From Octopus bimaculoides (taxonomy: Eukaryota): DNA of 64,000 bases. The translations under genes and the position numbers were made by a program. The stretch is taken from contig NC_068984.1 of NCBI RefSeq assembly GCF_001194135.2, positions 75,491,875-75,555,874 of the forward strand, in the 5' to 3' direction. The notes below the pieces were generated by a model. It was not told where the DNA came from. It saw only the letters and a program-made list of their open reading frames with translations, and did no database searches. Shown here piece by piece: positions 11,561 to 23,189 of the stretch; positions within the stretch are counted from its first letter, which is position 1, and every line of letters begins with the position of its first letter.

Positions 11561-11988
11561 GGGAGAATTCGCAAATAAAAACAAAAGACGAAGACAAGTG
11601 GTGTAGAAAACAAACAGATGTATTATAACGCTCGGGAAATGAAAAAGTCTTTAACGTTTCGAGCCTACGCTCTTCCACAGAAAGGAACACAGAAAGAAAC
11701 AAGGAGAAAAAGAAAAGAATGTGTAGTGGCTAGCGATCTATCATGGCGAATGCCGGATCATATATATGTATATCTATGTATATTCGCCATGATAGATCGC
11801 TGACCACTACATTTATATATTTTTCTCTCCTTCTTTCTCTCCTTGTTTCTTTCTATGTTCCCTTCAGTTGAAGAGCGTAGGCTCGAAACGTTAAAGACTT
11901 TCTCTATTCGCGAGCGTTATACTAATACATCCATTTGTTATTTACACCACCTATCTTCGTCTGTTGTTTTTTTCGTAAATTCTCCCAT
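11561..11988. mobile_element. Head-to-head pair of ~200-bp Penelope terminal segments (family P1) forming a foldback
   Basis: 11561-11760 (-) and 11783-11988 (+) are diverged inverted copies. The same segment lies 3' of the GIY-YIG ORF element at 19513-19650. (TA)n flanks and spacer. Confidence 0.8.
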
Positions 11989-12059
11989 ATATATATATAT
12001 ATATATATATAATATAATATAATAGAATAGAATATATAAATATATGCATATATACTTAC

Positions 12060-12640
12060 ATATATGTACATATCTACATATATATGTTTATATACATGCA
12101 TATATGGGTACAGGACATAAAAAAAAACATGAATAAATGAGAAACGAAAACATAAAAAACAAAATCATAGAAAACGACCTTATTTTCGAACAACGAAAGA
12201 AACAAATAGAGAAACGAGACAGGCAACATAAAGAACATTCCCTTCATCAGTTGTCCCCTGTTTTATCTACTCCGCGTTTCGAAGGTAGGAACAAGGCGCA
12301 ACATCGTTAAAACAGTCTTTCCCACAAAACAAATTAAATAAAATTTGGGATTTTTTGCGAAGGGTTAAAGTGCTAACAAAAACAGGACAGTAAGAACAAA
12401 ACAGTAAAAACAAACGGTGAGGGCTGTTAAGCCAAGACGATGTGAAATGGTGTACGCTGGAAAAACGAGCTTTGAGAAGAGAGAGGTAAAAGTACGTCTT
12501 GTCTTTAAGAAGGAAGTGAAAGAAAGAAAGATAAATAGTCGTTGGTCAGGTATGAGCAATGAGAGAGTCAAGTAGGAGGAGTGAGAAAAATAGAGAGGAC
12601 GAACGGTGAAGGGGAGAGGAGAAGAATAGGGAAAGGGTGG
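12060..12640 (-). mobile_element. Penelope-like terminal repeat, family P3
   Basis: Architecture like P2 (pyrimidine-rich minus strand, TA-rich flanks); carries a CTGATGA/GAAAC motif at 12240-12301. Class is inferred. Confidence 0.45.
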
Positions 12641-12719
12641 GATATATATATATAGATATATATATATATATATAACATCAAAAATACAGACCCACACATT
12701 CAAGACTGTATGCTACATA

Positions 12720-12751
<32 letters not shown>

Positions 12752-13466
12752 AACATAGATGTATGCATGTACTTATATACATGCAAGGATATACATGCTA
12801 GAATAAAACATACATACATGCTGTATGCATTCATTCATGCATACATATATACATACATAATACATACATGTACGCATTCATACACCCTTGCATACATACA
12901 AAAATGCATGCATGTTTGTGTGCATTCATACATGTATACATATATACATGCAGAATTAAATGTTTTACTCTCCCCCATAGAAGGAAACAATTCAAAAATC
13001 TGAGCACGTCCATAACTTGGCCATACCTATGTGTACCAATCCATATTTCTTTAATCGTATTCACAAACTGTCAACGCCCCCATTGACAGCTCAGTAGATG
13101 GGTACTGAAAACGTATATTGCCAGAAAGTAGAAGAATAAATTCTCAGTTTTTTTAACAATCATCCACTTCCTTTTGCCGATACGTTTTTAAACGCCTTCA
13201 GGCTGCGATTCAGCGGAATTAAATGCATCGCATTTACATGTGCATATGTTCATGAGCCAAGTGCAACAGCCTTCCAAATTGTTTGTACGAAAATAACCAC
13301 TTTTGACAATGTCTTATGAATATAATTTTCATGCGTTGCTGATATATATTCGAGTTTGTTTATTTAACTTATTTGCATTTCAAAGATTTTAAATATTGCT
13401 GAAGTTAATAGCATTCTTGTTGTGTTTGTTGCTAAGAAACAAATCATAGTATTTCATATAATTTTA

Positions 13467-13683
13467 AAGCGCTGAGCTGGCTGAATCGTTAGCATGCTGG
13501 GCAAAATTCTTAGCAGCATTTCATCCGTCTTTACGTTCTAAGTTCAAATTCCGCTGAAGTCGACTTTGCCTTTCATCCTTTCGGAGTCGATAAAATAGGT
13601 ACCAGTTGAACACTCGTGTCGATATAATCGTCTTACCCCGCCCCCGGAAAGATATTGGCTTTGTGCCAAAATTTGAAATCAAT
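13467..13683 (+). mobile_element. SINE family B
   Basis: Head GAGCTGGCTGAATCGTTAGCA and core GTCGACTTTGCCTTTCATCCTTTCGGAGTCGATAAA. Confidence 0.88.
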
Positions 13684-13902
13684 GTAACAATGCATCTATC
13701 ACCCTCTCCTGGATCAGTCTCCATTTGTCCCCAGCATCTTATGAAATTGTTTTCCCTTCCCTTGTAACGCTCTAAACTAGAATATGATGTTGACATTAAA
13801 AATTGCCTTGAGCATTTGGGACTATTGATCAAAACTACGGACTTCTAGCAACCCAGAGTTTGCATCTTAATTGGAATGATTGCAAAAATTTACATGCATA
13901 CA

Positions 13903-14014
<112 letters not shown>

Positions 14015-14450
14015 AAGAGGAAAAACTGGACAACTTTAGCTACTAAGAACGCCTTTGTGTATAACACATTTACTCTTGGAACTCCGACGGGAGCGATAAC
14101 CAACATAAATATGTGAAAGGTTTTCTAAAATTATGTTCTAGCTTTGATATTGGTGAAAGAAAACTATGTAGAATGGATGATACTAATAGGTCCTTATACT
14201 CTCATCCTCAAATTCTCGCATCAAGAACAAGTGCAGCTATTAAGTAGTAGATTTAATACCACCACAAGGCACTTACGAGGCCTTTAGCAGTATCCACTCT
14301 GTTGTAAACATCCAGGCCAAGTCTCAATTTGAGGCTAACTACTTCCACCCCCACCCACCCTTAATCTCGGAGACCCTGTGAAGAATCAAGGACAATGTCA
14401 TACCAGCGTGACGATGTGTGTTAGGTTATTTAACCCTCGGCAATGGAATA

Positions 14451-14506
14451 ATGTGACACTGATGAAGATTAATCAAATCTGAAATCAGCGCTGATATGAC
14501 TTCATC
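14451..14506 (+). ncRNA. Type I hammerhead-like motif with palindromic helix III
   Basis: CUGAUGA(14459-65)-AGAUU[AAUCA]AAUCU-GAAA(14481-84); helix III is the perfect palindrome ATCAGCGCTGAT; NUH=AUA; helix I is weak (GACA/UGAC with one mismatch). Confidence 0.4.
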
Positions 14507-14914
14507 TGGCTTGTGGTAGGGAGAGAGCTTGTCTCTCTTGTCAGTCGTTAGAAAAGTGCTCTCACGCGTGGCTAAGAGTTGTTTTGACTCTTATTTCTAG
14601 TAATGCTGGTACTCACTAGCACCTTCCGTCACCTTAGTAACAACGATTATACTTGTTGCTTATATAGATATATATATACACACACACACATACATACACA
14701 CACACATATGTATATATATTCATTATATTATATAATATTACATAATGTATATGTGCATATGTTCTTTCGTTCAGATATTTGCTTTAGTTACCACAGACAA
14801 AGTCATGACGCTGCACTGCATTCACGGTAGACTCGCAGATTTTTTATAGCCAAGAAATCTCCATGTTCACCGTAATTAAATGTCAAAAGTACCTAATGGA
14901 AGGAATATATGGAA

Positions 14915-14976
14915 ATAATAATAATAACAATAATAATAATAATAATAATAACAACAACAACAATAATGATAATAAC

Positions 14977-15009
<33 letters not shown>

Positions 15010-15034
15010 CACAGCGGCACCACTAATTGTTATT

Positions 15035-15126
<92 letters not shown>
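14915..15126. repeat. (TAA)n, (CGT)n, (AGT)n trinucleotide arrays
   Basis: Direct reading. Confidence 0.96.
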
Positions 15127-15127
<1 letters not shown>

Positions 15128-15144
15128 TATGATATATGATGTAA

Positions 15145-16745
15145 TCTATATATATAAAAATGAGAATGTGTGTCTGTCTGTCTGTCTGTCTGTCTGTGTG
15201 TTTCCCTAAAACTCGAGAACTACGCAACCAATTTCATTCAAATTTTACACATGCCTTACTTAGGGTTCCAGTTGTGTTTTAGCCAAAAAAAAATTTTTAA
15301 CTTCTTGCAGAGTTCGAGCACACGGCAACATAATATCTCTTCCACTATTTAAGTATTACGTGTCATAAGTGAAACAAAAACACTCATGTCAAATACTTTC
15401 ACTTTAAAAATAAAACTATTCCACTAACTGAAACAATCACATTTCGATACTTTAGTGACAGATACTTTCACNNNNNNNNNNNNNNNNNNNNNNNNNNNNN
15501 NNNNNNNNNNNNNNNNNNNNNNNNNNNNNNNNNNNNNNNNNNNNNNNNNNNNNNNNNNNNNNNNNNNNNNNNNNNNNNNNNNNNNNNNNNNNNNNNNNNN
15601 NNNNNNNNNNNNNNNNNNNNNNNNNNNNNNNNNNNNNNNNNNNNNNNNNNNNNNNNNNNNNNNNNNNNNNNNNNNNNNNNNNNNNNNNNNNNNNNNNNNN
15701 NNNNNNNNNNNNNNNNNNNNNNNNNNNNNNNNNNNNNNNNNNNNNNNNNNNNNNNNNNNNNNNNNNNNNNNNNNNNNNNNNNNNNNNNNNNNNNNNNNNN
15801 NNNNNNNNNNNNNNNNNNNNNNNNNNNNNNNNNNNNNNNNNNNNNNNNNNNNNNNNNNNNNNNNNNNNNNNNNNNNNNNNNNNNNNNNNNNNNNNNNNNN
15901 NNNNNNNNNNNNNNNNNNNNNNNNNNNNNNNNNNNNNNNNNNNNNNNNNNNNNNNNNNNNNNNNNNNNNNNNNNNNNNNNNNNNNNNNNNNNNNNNNNNN
16001 NNNNNNNNNNNNNNNNNNNNNNNNNNNNNNNNNNNNNNNNNNNNNNNNNNNNNNNNNNNNNNNNNNNNNNNNNNNNNNNNNNNNNNNNNNNNNNNNNNNN
16101 NNNNNNNNNNNNNNNNNNNNNNNNNNNNNNNNNNNNNNNNNNNNNNNNNNNNNNNNNNNNNNNNNNNNNNNNNNNNNNNNNNNNNNNNNNNNNNNNNNNN
16201 NNNNNNNNNNNNNNNNNNNNNNNNNNNNNNNNNNNNNNNNNNNNNNNNNNNNNNNNNNNNNNNNNNNNNNNNNNNNNNNNNNNNNNNNNNNNNNNNNNNN
16301 NNNNNNNNNNNNNNNNNNNNNNNNNNNNNNNNNNNNNNNNNNNNNNNNNNNNNNNNNNNNNNNNNNNNNNNNNNNNNNNNNNNNNNNNNNNNNNNNNNNN
16401 NNCAAACACTGAAGGGCCCTGCTTCTCACATGGACAACTGTATGTTGGCTGCTCAAGAGTGGGCAGCAAAAGAACCTATTTGTATATGCTCCACAAGGGA
16501 AAACAAGGAACATAGTTTACAACGAGGTGTTATAATCACAACAGCAAGAAAGTATGTACATGATCACCTTCTTTTACGAAACTTCATTGACTTTCATATA
16601 TTTATATTGATATACATATATATACGTGTGTTTGGGTGCGTGTGTGTATATACATCTCTATATATAAAGATAATGCGTAGTCTAGACGGCGTTTTGAGAT
16701 TTCATTATTCTCTTTAACCCGGGCAACGCCGGGTATTTCTGCTAG
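15145..16745 (+). mobile_element. Helitron (gap inside) with RepHel C-terminal remnant
   Basis: 5' A|TCTATATATATAAAAATG with (GTCT)n. 3' hairpin ACCCGG-GCAACG-CCGGGT (16717-16734) then CTAG|T (16742-16746). 16417-16535 reads PCFSHGQLYVGCSRVGS-(fs)-KNLFVYAPQGKTRNIVYNEVL*, the Pif1-like helicase end. Confidence 0.9.
16417..16535 (+). pseudogene. Helitron RepHel helicase C-terminus (1-bp frameshift)
   Basis: FSHGQLYV(A/G)xSRV motif typical of Helitron Pif1-family helicases. Confidence 0.88.
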
Positions 16746-16964
16746 TATTATATATTATTATTATAAATAATATATCATTTATGTAAGATCAACATAATAC
16801 CAATAACCAATAACAATAACGAAAGTAAAAGTTTGCTTCGCGAAAGAAAACAAACAAGAAATGGAAAAGTGGCGAAATACAAAATTTAGATGAATGTAAA
16901 TACACAAACATAAAGATACACACCTTTTATGTGTGCGTGCGTGAATACATACATATATACATAT

Positions 16965-16995
<31 letters not shown>

Positions 16996-17640
16996 CATAT
17001 ATATTATATATATATATACATATATATNNNNNNNNNNNNNNNNNNNNNNNNNNNNNNNNNNNNNNNNNNNNNNNNNNNNNNNNNNNNNNNNNNNNNNNNN
17101 NNNNNNNNNNNNNNNNNNNNNNNNNNNNNNNNNNNNNNNNNNNNNNNNNNNNNNNNNNNNNNNNNNNNNNNNNNNNNNNNNNNNNNNNNNNNNNNNNNNN
17201 NNNNNNNNNNNNNNNNNNNNNNNNNNNNNNNNNNNNNNNNNNNNNNNNNNNNNNNNNNNNNNNNNNNNNNNNNNNNNNNNNNNNNNNNNNNNNNNNNNNN
17301 NNNNNNNNNNNNNNNNNNNNNNNNNNNNNNNNNNNNNNNNNNNNNNNNNNNNNNNNNNNNNNNNNNNNNNNNNNNNNNNNNNNNNNNNNNNNNNNNNNNN
17401 NNNNNNNNNNNNNNNNNNNNNNNNNNNNNNNNNNNNNNNNNNNNNNNNNNNNNNNNNNNNNNNNNNNNNNNNNNNNNNNNNNNNNNNNNNNNNNNNNNNN
17501 NNNNNNNNNNNNNNNNNNNNNNNNNNNNNNNNNNNNNNNNNNNNNNNNNNNNNNNNNNNNNNNNNNNNNNNNNNNNNNNNNNNNNNNNNNNNNNNNNNNN
17601 NNNNNNNNNNNNNNNNNNNNNNNNNNNNNNNNNNNNNNNN

Positions 17641-17674
<34 letters not shown>

Positions 17675-17680
17675 TGTATG

Positions 17681-17929
17681 TATTACTAAGAAAATATCAA
17701 GGGTAGAAAATTTAGAGAAATATTCTACCTTTGGCCAGCATGCGTAATAAAGTCAATAGACAACATATTTTTCATATAAATTAGTGTACGTTTTTATACG
17801 CAAAAGAGTTGGATTTGAAAAAATTATAGTTTATATGAAAAATATGTTGTTTATTGACTTTATTACGCATGCTGGCCACCGGTAGAATATATCTCTAAAT
17901 TTTCTCCCCTTATTATTTTCATAGTAATA
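17681..17929. mobile_element. MITE-like palindrome (~100-bp arms, ~45-bp spacer, TA termini)
   Basis: TATTACTA..GGCCAGCATGCGTAATAAAGTCAATA.. is mirrored by ..TATTGACTTTATTACGCATGCTGGCC..TAGTAATA. Confidence 0.85.
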
Positions 17930-19512
17930 TTTTCGTAATTTTGAAGAACTTTGGTATGCTGTTTTAATTATTATTATTTGCTACCGATTGTAGCTGTGCT
18001 TGCGCGGTGAATTTTAAAAATTATAATGCATACGAATGGAACACGTGTCTTCAGTGTTACATATATATACATTAATTTTAGCGCCCTTACTGGTGATGCA
18101 CGGATAGCAAGTTATTTTATTTGCACATTGATGTTGAAACTCTAGTATAAGGTTAACTAGTGAAATGTTTTTATTTTTCATTCTCTTTGAAATTGCTCTT
18201 ATTCATGGTTTGGGTTTAAACTGCCTTTTCCAGCATGCAAGGTGTCCTATTAAGGTCACCTCTCTTATGTATGAAAATGTACAATAATTTATACATGTGC
18301 CAGAGTTACGGAGTAGGAAAGATCCGGGCAACATGTTTCATAACGAGCGTTCTTCGATACGAAAAAAATCCACAACTTTCCGTCTCAATAAACTAACTAT
18401 TATCTTTGAAAGTTGTTTTTTTTTTGTATTTAGTACGGATTGCTTGAAGCTAGCTTTCTTCCTACACCTCAATCCCTTACATTGCTATATATATATGCAT
18501 GCATACATTTATTTATATATATATATATATATATNNNNNNNNNNNNNNNNNNNNNNNNNNNNNNNNNNNNNNNNNNNNNNNNNNNNNNNNNNNNNNNNNN
18601 NNNNNNNNNNNNNNNNNNNNNNNNNNNNNNNNNNNNNNNNNNNNNNNNNNNNNNNNNNNNNNNNNNNNNNNNNNNNNNNNNNNNNNNNNNNNNNNNNNNN
18701 NNNNNNNNNNNNNNNNNNNNNNNNNNNNNNNNNNNNNNNNNNNNNNNNNNNNNNNNNNNNNNNNNNNNNNNNNNNNNNNNNNNNNNNNNNNNNNNNNNNN
18801 NNNNNNNNNNNNNNNNNNNNNNNNNNNNNNNNNNNNNNNNNNNNNNNNNNNNNNNNNNNNNNNNNNNNNNNNNNNNNNNNNNNNNNNNNNNNNNNNNNNN
18901 NNNNNNNNNNNNNNNNNNNNNNNNNNNNNNNNNNNNNNNNNNNNNNNNNNNNNNNNNNNNNNNNNNNNNNNNNNNNNNNNNNNNNNNNNNNNNNNNNNNN
19001 NNNNNNNNNNNNNNNNNNNNNNNNNNNNNNNNNNNNNNNNNNNNNNNNNNNNNNNNNNNNNNNNNNNNNNNNNNNNNNNNNNNNNNNNNNNNNNNNNNNN
19101 NNNNNNNNNNNNNNNNNNNNNNNNNNNNNNNNNNNNNNNNNNNNNNNNNNNNNNNNNNNNNNNNNNNNNNNNNNNNNNNNNNNNNNNNNNNNNNNNNNNN
19201 NNNNNNNNNNNNNNNNNNNNNNNNNNNNNNNNNNNNNNNNNNNNNNNNNNNNNNNNNNNNNNNNNNNNNNNNNNNNNNNNNNNNNNNNNNNNNNNNNNNN
19301 NNNNNNNNNNNNNNNNNNNNNNNNNNNNNNNNNNNNNNNNNNNNNNNNNNNNNNNNNNNNNNNNNNNNNNNNNNNNNNNNNNNNNNNNNNNNNNNNNNNN
19401 NNNNNNNNNNNNNNNNNNNNNNNNNNNNNNNNNNNNNNNNNNNNNNNNNNNNNNNNNNNNNNNNNNNNNNNNNNNNNNNNNNNNNNNNNNNNNNNNNNNN
19501 NNNNNNNNNNNN

Positions 19513-20671
19513 AACAAAAGACGAAGACAGATATAGGAAAACAAGCAAGTGTATTAGTTTGACGCTCGGGAAAATGAAAAAGTCTTTTATGCTTCGAGAC
19601 TACGCTCTTCAACAGAAAGAAATAAGAGAAAATAAACAGAGAGGATGAAAAGAAAACTTGTAGATTTCAGCGGTCCAGCGAATAATTGGAAATGAGAGGT
19701 TGAAAGAAAGTGAGACAATAAAAAAGAGAGGTAGAATGAAAGGGAGATAATAAAATGCTAGTATTTCTAAGAGGGGGCGCGCGTGCGTTTGTGTGTGTGT
19801 TATGTAGTGTGTGTGTATTGTGTGTGTGTGCGTGTGTGTGTCTGTCTCTGTGTTGTGTGCGTCTGTGACTAAATAATGTGCATGTGTGTGGTGCATATAT
19901 ATTTGGGCGAAAAGCTATCTCTGTCTATGCATATTGCGTGTGTTAACGCGTGTTGTGTGTCTATGTATATATAACCTGTGTTCAGATATTATGTGCTTGT
20001 GTGGGGTGCAAGTGTGCATGATGGTGTGTGTTGTGTGTGTACTGAGTTAAACAGCGTGTGTGGCTGCTCATATAGTGGGGGGGTTTTGTGACGCTATTGA
20101 AAACTGTGTGGCGGTATGTGGATGATGGTGTGCGGTATGGATGCTGGGAATTGGTCAGTACTAGTGTGCGTGGAGTGGTATGGGATTGGTATCAAATGAG
20201 GAGAGGGGGTAAGGTTAGTGTCAAATGAAGAGAGGAGGTGAGTTGGGCCCATGTGGCGCAAAGGAGCGAAGAGAGAAGATAAATTTCTGTTCACGGCAAA
20301 GGCAGGAGTCCGAATGGCCCCTGTGCAAAGACAGTCCGAACAGAGACAGATGATGTAGCGAATGACTGGTAGAGCGAAAATGGCACGAGACCGGGGTGTG
20401 ATTGCTGAGTCTGACGTCTCGGAGGTGCTCTGCGAACCGGTCAACCAAGCGGCGTCCCGTTTGACCGCTGTACAGCGAAGGAAAGAGAGAGCAGGACATG
20501 TGGTAAATTACGTTACTGGAAGTGCAGGTGACGGAGTCGGTGATGTGATAGGTACGATGATGGGTTGGGATGGGGGTGTTATAGAGGAAGAGACAGGCAC
20601 GACAGCGTGGGTGGAAGCAGGGGAACGAGCCAGGCTGAGACGTGGGGTTAGGGAAGAAACTGTGGACCAGG

Positions 20672-20674
<3 letters not shown>
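19513..20674 (-). mobile_element. 5'-truncated Penelope-like retroelement (linker Zn motif, GIY-YIG endonuclease, 3' terminal region)
   Basis: Open frame 20673->20221: ..PGSFPCFHPRCRACLF..DSVTCTSSNVIYHMSCSLFPSLYSGQTGRRLVDRFAEHLRD..REQKFIFSLRSFAPHGPN..*. 3' region matches family P1; 5' end at (TA)n. Confidence 0.9.
20221..20673 (-). pseudogene. PLE GIY-YIG endonuclease domain, 151 uninterrupted codons, no start
   Basis: IY..YxGQT..R..EH and REQ..I..L...PxGxN motifs. Confidence 0.88.
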
Positions 20675-20721
<47 letters not shown>

Positions 20722-20915
20722 NNNNNNNNNNNNNNNNNNNNNNNNNNNNNNNNNNNNNNNNNNNNNNNNNNNNNNNNNNNNNNNNNNNNNNNNNNNNNNN
20801 NNNNNNNNNNNNNNNNNNNNNNNNNNNNNNNNNNNNNNNNNNNNNNNNNNNNNNNNNNNNNNNNNNNNNNNNNNNNNNNNNNNNNNNNNNNNNNNNNNNN
20901 NNNNNNNNNATATAT

Positions 20916-21033
20916 ATAGTAAGGAGAATGGAGAATTGGAACGTTCAATCTTTCTGTTTATTTCCAGTTAGTTTATTCATAAGTGGAAATAACCGAAAAG
21001 TTTGAATTCTAAATTCTTCATTCTCCTTACTAT
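20916..21033. repeat. 118-bp imperfect hairpin (mini-MITE-like)
   Basis: ATAGTAAGGAGAATG..TTATTTCCAGTTA and TAAGTGGAAATAA..CATTCTCCTTACTAT. Confidence 0.8.
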
Positions 21034-21161
21034 CAATATTGTATTTTACACTCTTAGTAGCCATTAAATAAACTGTAACATACGAACTAAAGGAAGTTTA
21101 CCAAAAAATACGCACCATCTGAAGGAATTTTACTCAGAGAAATTCGATATCTGCCTCTTCT

Positions 21162-21203
<42 letters not shown>

Positions 21204-21770
21204 GGTCGTGCTGAATTAGATTAGCACCATGGTGGATAACCTATTTTGCATATTTGTATTTTTGTCAGATCGTCATTAATTAAATATTATCCATTTTAAG
21301 TGCAACACAGCATAATGTTTAAATTTAAAATCGGTTCTAATTTATTCTGTATTGTGCATGAAATAGATATTACTTAATTTACGACTAAATTTGAATAATT
21401 ACAATTTCAACCCCATTTTCAGAGAAGAGAAGTAAATTAACTGAAAGGGATAACTCTAATATCCCTAAGTGAAATGACAGTAATTAACATCAAACTAAAA
21501 TTGCTATTAATTATTTAAGTGAGCCAACGAAAAATGGAGCAAATTAAATGTTATCGTAATTTAAGAAGGAATAATGTAGATATTATAGAAGTAAATGAAA
21601 TTAATTTAGAATTATTAAAGCAGAATAACTGAAAGGAAAATAGTTTCAATCCTAGCAAATGACAATCAGGATAACTTCCAGTCATGCTTATCAAACGGAG
21701 ATGTTTAGTTCAAAGTCGTACAGACTTAAATTAAAATATCAAGTTTCAAGTCATAAAATCGAATACTTAC

Positions 21771-21920
21771 AAAAAGCAGTCTGTACTGTTTCTTATCCAG
21801 GGTGAGTTACCGTAGAGTAGGAAGGAATTCTTTGAATGCATTAGTATGAAAATTTGTTGGGCAAACTCTTTGCAAATTGCAGTGCCGTTAGGAAATTTTT
21901 TCCGATCGACGGATAGAATT
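21771..21920 (-). other. Candidate 150-nt frame-preserving exon
   Basis: TTGTAG acceptor and GTAAGT donor; one open frame (ILSVDRKKFPNGTAICKEFAQQIFILMHSKNSFLLYGNSPWIRNSTDCF); no recognised homology. Confidence 0.25.
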
Positions 21921-22478
21921 CTACAATGTCGAGGTGCAGAAATTTGTATAACTTTTGTTCGTTATATTGTTAATCCATGCAGTCGGTGGCAGATGTATTA
22001 GTGTTCCATTACTGAAAGGGCAGACAATTAATTAAATGAAAGTGCAATATACGACAGTTTTGAATTATTTGAAAGGTAATGAAAGGCATAAGAAGAATAG
22101 AAACTAGTCGAGTCAATTCTACTTACTTTCCTCATAAAGAGGTAAAAACAAGGGGTGTAAACATTTCGTTTATTTTTGACATCGAGACAAATATTTTGTC
22201 TTTCAAAACAGGTTAACGTTATATTACATACATTACACAAACTTACATATCTATCAATCTATCAATCTAGAGAGAGAGGGGGGAAGACAGACCGACTGAT
22301 GAACGGTATAGATATGCACGCCCCTAAGAAGAAAGGTTTTGTTGCCAATGTTGTATTGAAAACATGGCGGTCTATGTTCAAGTGTTTTAACATCAATAAA
22401 ATACGTTAAAGTAAAACACAGTCAATGTATGAATATCAATGTATGTCTACATGCATTGCGTTGTGTGTATGGCAGGGC

Positions 22479-22511
<33 letters not shown>

Positions 22512-22527
22512 TATATTCACACACACA

Positions 22528-22616
<89 letters not shown>

Positions 22617-23090
22617 GTACATGTTAGAGCATTTCTATTGTTGCTCAATGAGTTAGTATTCGAGCCACTGAGATTTCTCTACCCAGTCCATCAGTCCATG
22701 CTGTGCTGCTTCACGTATAAAACGAACACGACAGGACACCAGTCAGTGCATAGTCAAAACCTAAAGCGTATTGAATATTATTAACATCCATATTCCAAAC
22801 AAGAGTAGAATATTAAAATTCGAAAAATAAAAAATCTAAAAGAGTTATAGTGTTCGTGAAGATGATGAAGATGAAGATAATGGCTGGGCGGTGGCGGCAG
22901 CGATGACAACGACGATGGTGACGATGATGACGATGACGACGATGACGAAACGATGACGATGATGATTAAATGATATTCCTTCCACCTTTTTGCCCCTATC
23001 TCTCTCTCTCGCTCTCTCTCTTTTCCTCACTTTCTCTCTCCCTGTCTGTCTCTCTCCCTGTCTCTGTCTCTGTCTCTCTATCTGTCTCTC

Positions 23091-23189
<99 letters not shown>

